Positions 7,781 to 20,800 of a stretch of DNA of 64,000 nt are shown here, one piece after another. Origin of the DNA: Rhodocyclales bacterium (lineage in GTDB: Bacteria; Pseudomonadota; Gammaproteobacteria; Burkholderiales; Rhodocyclaceae). The notes beneath the pieces are model-generated. The model worked only from the letters and a program-made list of their open reading frames with translations, did no database searches and was not told where the DNA came from. The position numbers and the translations under genes are program-made. The number at the start of each line of letters is the position of its first letter. The first letter of the stretch is position 1. The DNA is taken from assembly GCA_016214145.1 (NCBI GenBank), contig JACRPA010000010.1, forward strand, positions 154,550 through 218,549. Reading direction: 5' to 3'.

Positions 7781-9526
7781 TCAGCAGACGGCCTGTTCGA
7801 CGATGGCGTCGGCGAGGTGGATTTGGGTGGTTTGGGCGTCTTGGATGCGCGCCTTGAGGGCGTCACACAGGGCTATGAGTTCATCGACTTTGGCGACGAT
7901 GCGGTGTTGTTCGTCTAATGGCGGCAACGGGATTTCTAACGTTTGTAGCGCCGTTTTCTGAAGGTTGTTTATCCCGATGCCTTTCCCATGACCGGCAGCC
8001 CGATTTCTGTATAACGGAGTCTGGAAAAAGAAGCCAAAATAGCTATGAAGCTCATCAGAAACTGGTCTTATAACGCCACAGAACGCGCCAAATCCTCCTT
8101 CGAAATCCTCTGTTGCTTGAGCTGCCTTACCGACGAGATCGGCACTTCCACTGGACATTGCGATAACTATGTCACCTGCCTTTACATACTGCGCATCATT
8201 TAGAAGTTGCTTCGGCACGAAGACTTGGTTATCAAAATTGAGGGTTTGATTTATGTTATTTCCGCGCAGGAGAGGGACGTAATTTGCCTGGGGGACGTCG
8301 CTGGCTTCCGATTTGCCATATGTCACGCCACGAATGGTTTCGGCTATTTCACCGAGTCTTACCCACTCCCACCCCGGTGGCTGAGTAATCGGCTTATCCT
8401 CATCAGCGACTGGCGATAACGGTTTGTCTTTCTTGATCTTGCCCTCAGCGATCAACTTCGCTTTTTCAACCTGAATGCGTTTGAGCAGCACACTCGCCGG
8501 TACATCGTTGGGGTCTTGGGGAACGAGTTTGCCCATGACGGCGAGTTGCAGGGTGGTTTGTTTAAGTTGGTCGATGCTTGCTTCGGTGGTAAACAGGGTA
8601 TCGAAGTGGTTGGCGATACGCGCCCAGGCTACGTTGAATTCCTGTTGCGACGCGACGCGGGTGAGCGTGCCGAGCAGGGTCTCCACCAAGGTTTGGTGGG
8701 CTGCGAGTCTGTCGGTTTGCTGTCGTTCCAGTTGGTCGCACAAGGCCATGAGCTCATCGACTTTGGCGACGATGCGGTGTTGTTCGGCACTAGGAGGAAT
8801 GGGAACGAGGCCGCCATAAAACTGCTTGTCGTTTATTGCCGGATACGCAATACCGGTTTGAACCTTCTCGACATACTTCACAAATTCGGGGCTTCTGAAA
8901 TACAGCGCAAAGAACTTGCCGGGCATGTCTTGGAACGGATGCAGCACAGCAAAAGCTGTGCTTGCGATAGCTTCCGGTGAGTAGTCCTCTTCAATTACAC
9001 AAATGTTCTTGAGATAGGGCCGCACCGTTGAATAAATAACAGTGCCTTTTGTTACTATTTTTCTTGCCCGCGAAGGTGCGTCGGCTGCGCTCAATAAGCC
9101 CGGCGAGCTGATAACGCCTGCGGTGTTATCAATCGCAGAGACATCGATGTAGATGAATTTTGCATCAGGCGTCTTTTGCCCCCAATCATGACCTACATCA
9201 TTAATCCGGGCCCACTCCCACCCGCCCGGCACATTGAATGGAATTTCTTCGTCAGTGATAGCCGGGAAATCCTTTTCTTTTCTGATTTTCCCTTCTTTTA
9301 CCATCTTGGCCTTATCTGCCGCGACTCGTTTTAATAGCTCTCTCGCCGGTTCGTCGCTCTGGTCCTGCGGCACGAGCTTCCCGCGCACCGCGAGTTCCAG
9401 AATCAACTCGCGCAGCTTCTTGATGCCATAGGCTTCCAGCTTGCCGTTGCTGCCGCGTCCGGCGGTGGACTTGGTGAGCAGCGCCGAGGTCCACAGGTCG
9501 AGATTGTCGGTGATGACTTCCGCCAT
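7781..9526 (-). CDS. hsdS: Type I restriction-modification specificity subunit
   Basis: Two target-recognition halves are separated by duplicated conserved regions (DEQHRIVAKVDELMALCDQLE and DEQHRIVAKVDELIALCDALK). The start is ATG 9526, or GTG 9532 overlapping the hsdM stop. Confidence 0.9.
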   Translation of the reverse strand: MAEVITDNLDLWTSALLTKSTAGRGSNGKLEAYGIKKLRELILELAVRGKLVPQDQSDEPARELLKRVAADKAKMVKEGKIRKEKDFPAITDEEIPFNVPGGWEWARINDVGHDWGQKTPDAKFIYIDVSAIDNTAGVISSPGLLSAADAPSRARKIVTKGTVIYSTVRPYLKNICVIEEDYSPEAIASTAFAVLHPFQDMPGKFFALYFRSPEFVKYVEKVQTGIAYPAINDKQFYGGLVPIPPSAEQHRIVAKVDELMALCDQLERQQTDRLAAHQTLVETLLGTLTRVASQQEFNVAWARIANHFDTLFTTEASIDQLKQTTLQLAVMGKLVPQDPNDVPASVLLKRIQVEKAKLIAEGKIKKDKPLSPVADEDKPITQPPGWEWVRLGEIAETIRGVTYGKSEASDVPQANYVPLLRGNNINQTLNFDNQVFVPKQLLNDAQYVKAGDIVIAMSSGSADLVGKAAQATEDFEGGFGAFCGVIRPVSDELHSYFGFFFQTPLYRNRAAGHGKGIGINNLQKTALQTLEIPLPPLDEQHRIVAKVDELIALCDALKARIQDAQTTQIHLADAIVEQAVC

Positions 9527-9528
9527 GG

Positions 9529-11007
9529 TCACGCCTCGCCCCGGTGCAAGGCCTGCTGCAGGATGTCCTTGAGCTGATTGCGCAGTCCGGCGATGCCTTC
9601 CTGCTGCTGCCGGTATCGCTGCAACAGTTCGTCCGGGTCGTGGCTGATCTGTTCGCCGACGTGGGGGTTCTTGATGTCGAGGTTGTAGTTGCGCGCGACG
9701 ATGTCGGCGACCGGCACTTTCCAGGCCTGCTCGGTCTGTACCCGCACCTTGAACCCATCCGCCTCGTCACCCCACCAGGCGATCTCAGTTTCGAATTCCT
9801 CGAAGCGCATGGGCTTGGTCTTGTTGTAGCTCTTCACGCCCTCCGGGTAGGGGTGCTCGTAAAACCAGACGTGCTCGGTGGGCTGGCCCTTGGTGAAAAA
9901 CAGCAGGTTGGTTTTGATGCCGGTGTAGGGATTGAACACGCCGTTGGGCAGGCGCACGATGGTGTGCAAGTTGCACTCTTCCAGCAGAGATTGCTTGAGG
10001 CGGGTCTTCATGCCTTCGCCAAACAGGAAGCCATCGGGCAACACCACAGCGGCACGGCCTTGGTCCTTAAGCAACTTGATGACCAGGGCCATGAACAAGT
10101 CCGCCGTTTCACGGGTGCGCAGGTGGGCGGGGAAGTTGTTTTCGATACCGTCCTCTTCCATGCCGCCGAAGGGCGGGTTGGTGATGATGACGTTGACGCG
10201 GTCGGCGTTGCCGTAGTCCTTGTAGGGGCGGCTCAGGGTGTTGTCGTGCTTGATGTATGTGGGGGTGTCGATGCCGTGCAGGATCATGTTGGTGACGGCG
10301 AGCATGTGCGGCAGCGCCTTTTTTTCAAAGCCCCGGATGGAGTTGACCAGCGTTTCTTCGTCTTCGCGAGTTTTGACGTAATGCTCGCGCTTGTGGTCGA
10401 TGGTGCAGGTGAGAAAGCCGCCGGTGCCACAGGCAGGGTCGAGCACGGTTTCTTCCAGCTTGGGGTCAACGCGGTTGACAATGAAGCGGGTGACGGCGCG
10501 CGGGGTGTAAAACTCGCCCGCGTTGCCCGCGCTTTGCAGGTCGCGCAGGATTTGTTCGTAGATACTGCCGAAAGTGTGGCGGTCGCCGCTGTTGTTGAAG
10601 TCGATTTCGCAAATCTTGTTGATGACCTGGCGCATCAGCGTGCCGGACTTCATGTAGTTGTAGGCGTCTTCAAACACGCTGCGCACCACTTGGGCGCGCT
10701 GCCCTGTTGGACCATGTGTAGGCAACTTTTCCTTCAATGTAGGGAATAGTTGCATGTTCACGAAATCAGCCAGCGGTTCGCCGGTCATACCTTCTGGATT
10801 CTTCGCCCAATTTCTCCAACGAAGATGCTCTGGCAGCGGAGATTTGTAACCTTCTTCCAGATATTCCAGTTCCGTTTCGCGGTCGTCGAAGATTTTCAGG
10901 AAAAACATCCAGACCAGTTGGCTGATGCGCTGGGCGTCGCCATCGACGCCGACATCCTTGCGCATGATGTCCTGTATGGATTTGATGATGCCGGAAACAT
11001 TACTCAT
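9529..11007 (-). CDS. hsdM: Type I R-M N6-adenine DNA methyltransferase subunit
   Basis: 492 aa with the AdoMet motif LDPACGTGGFL and the catalytic NPPFGG. It shares an ATGA overlap with the hsdR stop. Confidence 0.95.
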   Translation of the reverse strand: MSNVSGIIKSIQDIMRKDVGVDGDAQRISQLVWMFFLKIFDDRETELEYLEEGYKSPLPEHLRWRNWAKNPEGMTGEPLADFVNMQLFPTLKEKLPTHGPTGQRAQVVRSVFEDAYNYMKSGTLMRQVINKICEIDFNNSGDRHTFGSIYEQILRDLQSAGNAGEFYTPRAVTRFIVNRVDPKLEETVLDPACGTGGFLTCTIDHKREHYVKTREDEETLVNSIRGFEKKALPHMLAVTNMILHGIDTPTYIKHDNTLSRPYKDYGNADRVNVIITNPPFGGMEEDGIENNFPAHLRTRETADLFMALVIKLLKDQGRAAVVLPDGFLFGEGMKTRLKQSLLEECNLHTIVRLPNGVFNPYTGIKTNLLFFTKGQPTEHVWFYEHPYPEGVKSYNKTKPMRFEEFETEIAWWGDEADGFKVRVQTEQAWKVPVADIVARNYNLDIKNPHVGEQISHDPDELLQRYRQQQEGIAGLRNQLKDILQQALHRGEA

Positions 11008-13358
11008 GCAGATTCTTCCCTTCTATACAGCTCTTGTTCCAGTTCCTGGATGGCGGTATCGAACTGTTCCTTGCCGCCGAAGATGGTGTTGATGATTTCC
11101 ACGGGCGTTCCCATGGTCTTGAACGGATCGAGGCGCAGCACCTTGGCGCTTTCCAGTGTGGCGATGCCTTCGTCGGCATATTTGTCGAGCAGCGCGGTGA
11201 GCACTGCGCGGGCCTGCTCGCCATATTTGGTGAAGTAGTTGCGCTTCTTGACCTTGTTGGCGCGTTCTTTTCTCGTCAGTGGCGGCTGGCCCCAGGCGAT
11301 GTGGCAGATCAGGTCGAAATCGCCGTAGTCCTTGCCGATTTCCGTGGCGAGGTTGTCCAGCACGATGCCGTGCTCTTCCAGTTCGTCGATGATGGCCTGC
11401 TTTTTCGCGGCGCCGTTCCAACGACTGAGGAAGTCATCCAGCGAAGCAAATTCGTTCTGAATCTGCTTGCGGCTAAAGTCCTTGTAGGACTCGGTGATGA
11501 GGTTACCGTCCGGCCCGATGTACTCGACGCGCTCGGAAATGATATTGACGTCTACCCCGCTGACGCGGACTTTGTAAACGCCCGGCGGCTCTTCGACGCC
11601 CTCAGGTTCTTTGTCCTCTTCGTCCGGGTAGCCCGGATCGGGCGGCACGGGGTCGTCGTCATTGCCGGGTTCGTAGATCACCACCGCTTCGCCATCGAAA
11701 TCCGGGTCACGGAACAGTTCGGTGGCCTTCTTGAAGTCCATGATGGTGAAGAACCACTTGTTGTTTTCCTCGTCGATGCGGGTGCCACGCCCGATGATCT
11801 GTTTGAAGCTGGTCATCGAGGTGATAGTCTTGTCCAGCACGATGAGCTTGCAGGTCTTGGCATCGACGCCGGTAGTCAGCAATTCCGAAGTGGTGGCGAT
11901 GACCGGGAACTTGCTCTCCGGATCAATGAAGTTGTCCAGCTCGGCCTTGCCTTCAACGCTGTCCCCGGTGATGCGCATGATGTATTTCGGGTTGTCCAGC
12001 GCAAGCCGGCCCGCCGCATTCACCAGCGCCACGCGCATGCGTTCGGCGTGGTCGATGTCTTCGCAGAAAACGATGGTCTTGGAAAACGGGTCGGTCGCAT
12101 TGAGGTATTGCATGATGCGCTTGGCAACCAGCTTGGTGCGCTGGTTGAGCACGAGGATGCGATCCATGTCTTTCTGGTTGTATTCGCGCTGCTCGATTTC
12201 CTGTCCCAGGTCGTCCTTCATGCCTGGCGGCGGCGTCCAGCCTTCGATGTCCTTGTCGATGTCGATTCGCACGACCTTGTAAGGCGCGAGAAAGCCATCT
12301 TCGATCCCCTGCTTGAGGCTGTAGGTGTAAACCGGCTCGCCGAAGTAGGTGCTGCTTGAGACGTATTTGGTTTCCTTGGGTGTAGCGGTGAGGCCAAGCT
12401 GAACTGCATTGTCGAAGTATTCGAGAATTTCACGCCAAGCGGAGTCGTCGGCCGCGCTGCCGCGATGGCATTCGTCGATGACGATCATGTCGAAAAAATC
12501 GTGCGAGACACTTTTAAAAATCTTGTCTTCTTCGTCCGGGCCGGTGATGGCCTGATACAGGCCCAGGTAGATTTCGTAGGACGGGTCGATCTTGCGGTTC
12601 TTGATCTTCGTCATGACCGAGCCGAAGGGCTTGAAGTCGTTGACGAGGGTCTGGTCGACGAGGATGTTACGGTCAACCAGGAACAGAATGCGTTTGACCA
12701 CCCCGGCCTTCCACAAGCGCCAGATGATCTGGAATGTCGTGTAGGTCTTGCCGGTGCCCGTCGCCATAACCAACAGCACGCGTTTATTGCCACTGGCTAC
12801 TGCTTCGACGGTGCGGTTGATAGCCTCCACCTGGTAGTAGCGAGGCTCCTTGCCAGAAACGTCCAGGTGGTATGGCTGCACGACCAGTTTTTCTGCATCG
12901 TCTCCGATGCCACGATAAGACTTGTAGCGCTTCCATAGGTCTTGGGGAGAGGGAAACGCTTCAAGGGGGAATTCGGTCTCGATTTCTTCGCCCGAGAGGG
13001 GCGCTTTATTGTGGGAGGCGAAGGCATCGCCGTTTGAACTAAAGGCGCTTGGCACATCGAGGATTTCCGCATAGCCCAGCGCCTGCTGCATGCCATGGCT
13101 GACGGTGTAATTGTTGTCCTTGGCCTCAACCACAGCGACGGGCACACCCGGCTCCCAGGACAATACATAGTCAGCAAACTTCTTCTTTTTCTTGTTGCGC
13201 GAAGACATGTTGCCGCGCACGACAATCGGACCAGGGGTAAGGGTAACTTCGCGGCGAATCTGGTTCATCGAGTCCCAGCCAGCGTTTCTGATCGCCGGGG
13301 TAATAAACAGATCGCAAATATCGGTTTCGCTGAGTTCTTTTTTATCTTTGTTATTCAT
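11004..13358 (-). CDS. hsdR: Type I R-M restriction endonuclease/helicase subunit
   Basis: N-terminal nuclease motif VVEAKD, helicase motifs MATGTGKT and VIDECHRGS. The start is placed at ATG 13358, preceded by GGAGGGG; the ORF track starts at 13382. Confidence 0.93.
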   Translation of the reverse strand: MNNKDKKELSETDICDLFITPAIRNAGWDSMNQIRREVTLTPGPIVVRGNMSSRNKKKKKFADYVLSWEPGVPVAVVEAKDNNYTVSHGMQQALGYAEILDVPSAFSSNGDAFASHNKAPLSGEEIETEFPLEAFPSPQDLWKRYKSYRGIGDDAEKLVVQPYHLDVSGKEPRYYQVEAINRTVEAVASGNKRVLLVMATGTGKTYTTFQIIWRLWKAGVVKRILFLVDRNILVDQTLVNDFKPFGSVMTKIKNRKIDPSYEIYLGLYQAITGPDEEDKIFKSVSHDFFDMIVIDECHRGSAADDSAWREILEYFDNAVQLGLTATPKETKYVSSSTYFGEPVYTYSLKQGIEDGFLAPYKVVRIDIDKDIEGWTPPPGMKDDLGQEIEQREYNQKDMDRILVLNQRTKLVAKRIMQYLNATDPFSKTIVFCEDIDHAERMRVALVNAAGRLALDNPKYIMRITGDSVEGKAELDNFIDPESKFPVIATTSELLTTGVDAKTCKLIVLDKTITSMTSFKQIIGRGTRIDEENNKWFFTIMDFKKATELFRDPDFDGEAVVIYEPGNDDDPVPPDPGYPDEEDKEPEGVEEPPGVYKVRVSGVDVNIISERVEYIGPDGNLITESYKDFSRKQIQNEFASLDDFLSRWNGAAKKQAIIDELEEHGIVLDNLATEIGKDYGDFDLICHIAWGQPPLTRKERANKVKKRNYFTKYGEQARAVLTALLDKYADEGIATLESAKVLRLDPFKTMGTPVEIINTIFGGKEQFDTAIQELEQELYRREESA

Positions 13359-13522
13359 TGAATAGAACCCCTCCATGGCCAACGGTAGCGCCTAGCGTGA
13401 ACATCCGTTAGGTTTGAATCAAAACTGCTTTATTATAATTTGCTAGCACATGATGCCAATGTATTCGCTTGATACGCAAGATTAATATGGCTTCCATTTT
13501 GAACTCTATTCTATGAGCAAAC

Positions 13523-13547
13523 CGCCGTATCACAGCGACTGACTTTC
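13523..13547 (-). repeat. Dispersed 25-nt motif, copy D (reverse complement GAAAGTCAGTCGCTGTGATACGGCG)
   Basis: Inverted relative to copies A-C. It shares the GTCGCTG variant with copy B and sits between the hsdR promoter region and the atp terminator. Confidence 0.8.
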
Positions 13548-13568
13548 TGGATGCTGGCACTCAGGCAA

Positions 13569-13597
13569 TAAAAAAGGCAGCCGAGGCTGCCTTTTCT
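13569..13597 (-). terminator. Rho-independent terminator of the atp operon
   Basis: Stem GGCAGCC / GGCTGCC with a 2-nt loop (AG), 20 nt after the atpC stop. On the minus strand the hairpin is followed by a T-run; an A-run/T-run on both sides allows bidirectional use. Confidence 0.8.
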
Positions 13598-13616
13598 TAT
13601 TGCTGATGCTTTTCGC

Positions 13617-14039
13617 TCAGTGCCGCTTGCGCAGTTTCTGGATCGCGGCGAGTTGGGCGATGGCTTCGGCCAGTTCGGCCTGGGCCTTGGCGTACTCGAG
13701 TTCCGAGGTCCTGTTCTGCATCGCTTCTTCGGCCTTTTTCTTGGCGTCGAGGGCCTTGGCTTCGTCGAGGTCCTTGCCACGGATGGCGGTGTCGGCCAGC
13801 ACGGTGACGAGGTTGGGCTGCACTTCTAGCATGCCGCCGGCGACGAAGACGAGTTCCTCTTCTTCCTGGCCGAGCACTTTGACGCGCACGGCGCCCGGCT
13901 TGATGCGGGTGAGCAGCGGGGTGTGGCCGGGCATGATGCCCAGCTCGCCGGCTTCGCCCGGCAGAACGACGAACTCCGCCAGTCCCGAGAAGATGGATTC
14001 TTCCGCGCTGACGATGTCGACGTGAACAGTCATGGCCAT
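13617..14039 (-). CDS. atpC: F1 ATP synthase epsilon subunit
   Basis: 140 aa; the N-terminus [19 protein letters not shown] is typical; last gene of the atp operon. Confidence 0.95.
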   Translation of the reverse strand: MAMTVHVDIVSAEESIFSGLAEFVVLPGEAGELGIMPGHTPLLTRIKPGAVRVKVLGQEEEELVFVAGGMLEVQPNLVTVLADTAIRGKDLDEAKALDAKKKAEEAMQNRTSELEYAKAQAELAEAIAQLAAIQKLRKRH

Positions 14040-14049
14040 ATCTTTCCTC

Positions 14050-14128
14050 GTTAGGAGTGAGGGGTGAGGAGTGAGGAGGAAGAACAGCGGGACAAGCTTT
14101 TAACTCCTGACCCCTAACTCCTCACACC
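14050..14128. repeat. Tandem-octamer hairpin element in the atpD-atpC spacer
   Basis: Left arm TTAGGAGTGAGGGGTGAGGAGTGAGG and right arm AACTCCTGACCCCTAACTCCTCACACC. Both arms are built from (T/G)NAGGAG-like ~8-nt units and are mutually complementary. Confidence 0.7.
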
Positions 14129-14136
14129 TTACATCC

Positions 14137-15546
<1,410 letters not shown>

Positions 15547-16413
15547 TTAGACCGCCGCCGCACCGGCGACAATCTCGGATATTTCCTTGGTGATCGCGGC
15601 CTGGCGGGTCTTGTTGTAGACCAGCTGCAGTTCGTTGATCACGGTGCCGGCGTTGTCGGAGGCCGCCTTCATGGCGACCATGCGCGCGCTCTGCTCGGAG
15701 GCCATGTTCTCCGTCACCGACTGGTACACCAGTGCCTCGACGTAGCGCACCAGCAGTTCGTCGATGACGGCGCGGGCGTCCGGCTCGTAGATGTAGTCCC
15801 AGCCGTGCTCGGTCTGGCGCAGCTGCTCGCCGGAGAGCGGCAGCAGCTGTTCCATCACCGGCTCCTGCTTCATGGTGTTGAGGAAGCGGGTGTAGGCGAC
15901 ATACACGGCATCCAGCTCGCCGGCGTGGAAGGCGTCGAGCATGACCTTCACCGGGCCGATCATCTTCTCCAGGTGCGGCGTGTCGCCGAGGTGCGTGACG
16001 TTGGAGACGACCCGGGCGCCGAGGCGCTGCATGAAGCCGAGGCCCTTCGAGCCGATGGCGGTGACGCGGATGTCGCCGACGCCCTTGCCTTCCCACTCCT
16101 TCATCTGGTTGAGGCAAATGCGCAGCACGTTGGTGTTGAGGCCGCCGCACAGGCCCTTGTCGGTCGTGACGACGACGAGGCCGACGCGCCTGATCTCGTC
16201 CGCCTTCTTGAGGAAGGGGTGCTTGTACTCGGAGTTGGCGTGCGACAGGTTGGCGGCCAGCCGACGGATCTTCTCGCCATAGGGACGGGCGGCCTTCATG
16301 CGCTCCTGCGCCTTGCGCATCTTCGAGGCCGCGACCATCTCCATGGCCTTGGTGATCTTGCGCGTGTTTTGCACGCTCTTGATCTTGGTGCGTATTTCCT
16401 TGCCGCTTGGCAT
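15547..16413 (-). CDS. atpG: F1 ATP synthase gamma subunit
   Basis: This is the last 288 aa of the 724-aa track ORF, starting at [36 protein letters not shown] (ATG 16413). Confidence 0.95.
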   Translation of the reverse strand: MPSGKEIRTKIKSVQNTRKITKAMEMVAASKMRKAQERMKAARPYGEKIRRLAANLSHANSEYKHPFLKKADEIRRVGLVVVTTDKGLCGGLNTNVLRICLNQMKEWEGKGVGDIRVTAIGSKGLGFMQRLGARVVSNVTHLGDTPHLEKMIGPVKVMLDAFHAGELDAVYVAYTRFLNTMKQEPVMEQLLPLSGEQLRQTEHGWDYIYEPDARAVIDELLVRYVEALVYQSVTENMASEQSARMVAMKAASDNAGTVINELQLVYNKTRQAAITKEISEIVAGAAAV

Positions 16414-16448
16414 GTTGGCTCCTAGCGATTCGGCCGTGACTGGATTAC

Positions 16449-17987
<1,539 letters not shown>

Positions 17988-17998
17988 GTTTGATGCTC

Positions 17999-18532
17999 CT
18001 AATTCTTAAGCGCCGTAGCCATGGCTGCGAGCTTGCCGCGTACAGAAGCGTCGATGACCTGATCGCCGACAGCGATCCGCACCCCGCCGATGAGCTCGGG
18101 GTCGAGGCTGACCGTCGCCTGGATCCTGCACTTGAAGCGCGTTTCCAGTTCGGCGACGAGATTCCTCAGCGTGGCATCGTCGAGCGGGAAGGCGGAGGCG
18201 ATGTCGGCCTCCTGCACGCCCTCCTGCCCGTTCTTCAGTTCGACGTAGAGTTCGCGGATCTCGGGAAGAACCTGCAGGCGTTCGTTGTCGACGAGGAGGC
18301 GGACGAAGTTCTGCTGTTCGGCAGACAACGATCCGGCCACATCGAGGAACAACTGCGCGACCTGCGACGACAGAAGGCGGGGATTGGCAATGCACTCCAG
18401 CATCTGCGCGTCGGCGGCAACGGCCGCCATGCGGTCAAGCGCCTGCTGCCATGGCCCCAGCGCGCTGTTCGCCCGCGCCAGCTGGAATGCGGCTTCGGCG
18501 TAGGGACGTGCGAGGGTGACGTTCTCGGCCAT
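17999..18532 (-). CDS. atpH: F1 ATP synthase delta subunit
   Basis: 177 aa; the OSCP-like N-terminus [14 protein letters not shown] and the operon position support the call. Confidence 0.9.
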   Translation of the reverse strand: MAENVTLARPYAEAAFQLARANSALGPWQQALDRMAAVAADAQMLECIANPRLLSSQVAQLFLDVAGSLSAEQQNFVRLLVDNERLQVLPEIRELYVELKNGQEGVQEADIASAFPLDDATLRNLVAELETRFKCRIQATVSLDPELIGGVRIAVGDQVIDASVRGKLAAMATALKN

Positions 18533-18535
18533 GGC

Positions 18536-19009
18536 TTACTTGAGTTCCTGTTTCAGGTTGGCGAGCAGGTCGGCGTGGACTTGGGCGTTGATTTCCTTGC
18601 GCAGGATGCGCTCGGCGCCGGCGACGGCCAGGGCGGCGACCTGCTCGCGCAGGGCCTCCTTGGCGCGCTGGGCGGCGACGCCGGCTTCGGCCTCGGCGGC
18701 CTGGCGGGCTTGCGCAATGATGCGGGCTGCTTCCTGGCGGGCTTCGTCGACCAGCGCCACACCCTGCTTCTCGGCACCGGCACGCAGCTCGGTGGCCGAC
18801 TCGCGGGCCTTGCGCATTTCATCGACGACGCGCTTTTCGGTCAGCGCCAATTCGGATTTCGCCTTGTCCGCAGCCGATAGCCCGTCGGCGATCTTCTTCG
18901 CGCGCTCGTCGAGTGCCTTCATGATGGGGGGCCACACGAATTTCATCGTGAAGACCGCCAGGATGAGGAACACAACCAGCTGGGCAAACAGCGTTGCGTT
19001 CAGATTCAC
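18536..19009 (-). CDS. atpF: F0 ATP synthase subunit b
   Basis: 157 aa; a single N-terminal TM helix followed by a charged coiled coil; operon position. Confidence 0.9.
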   Translation of the reverse strand: MNLNATLFAQLVVFLILAVFTMKFVWPPIMKALDERAKKIADGLSAADKAKSELALTEKRVVDEMRKARESATELRAGAEKQGVALVDEARQEAARIIAQARQAAEAEAGVAAQRAKEALREQVAALAVAGAERILRKEINAQVHADLLANLKQELK

Positions 19010-19040
19010 GGTAATCGCTCCTTGATCGGACGAGGGCCGA

Positions 19041-20563
<1,523 letters not shown>

Positions 20564-20764
20564 GCATATTCAAATTGGCGCGCTGCAAAACTTGGGCTGC
20601 GCTAGGCGTGCCGCCGCTAACAAAGACTACAAATTTTATAGTCTTATAAAAGATCTGTCAAACCCGAAAACCGCAGCAATGCTGGCATGCAGGCCAACTA
20701 ATGCTCCAGTTATCAATGACATCGGCTGAAATGGAGAAATGGTGCAATGCGTCAAATTCAGCCC

Positions 20765-20793
20765 TTGACAAGACGTAACCAAGTAACTAAATT
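20765..20793 (+). promoter_or_regulatory. Candidate sigma70 promoter TTGACA-N17-TAAATT upstream of the arsR-family gene
   Basis: The hexamers are read directly from the sequence. The -10 element ends 7 nt before ATG 20801, which would imply a leaderless transcript if that ATG is the start. Confidence 0.3.
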
Positions 20794-20800
20794 CTTCGAT

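Noticed and set aside
3442-13547. Calling the whole accessory mosaic a mobile element, integron or integrative island
   Set aside because: I recognised no integrase, transposase, relaxase, tRNA attachment site or attC-like structure. I report the compositional and junction evidence as a finding, but a mobile_element feature is not supported.
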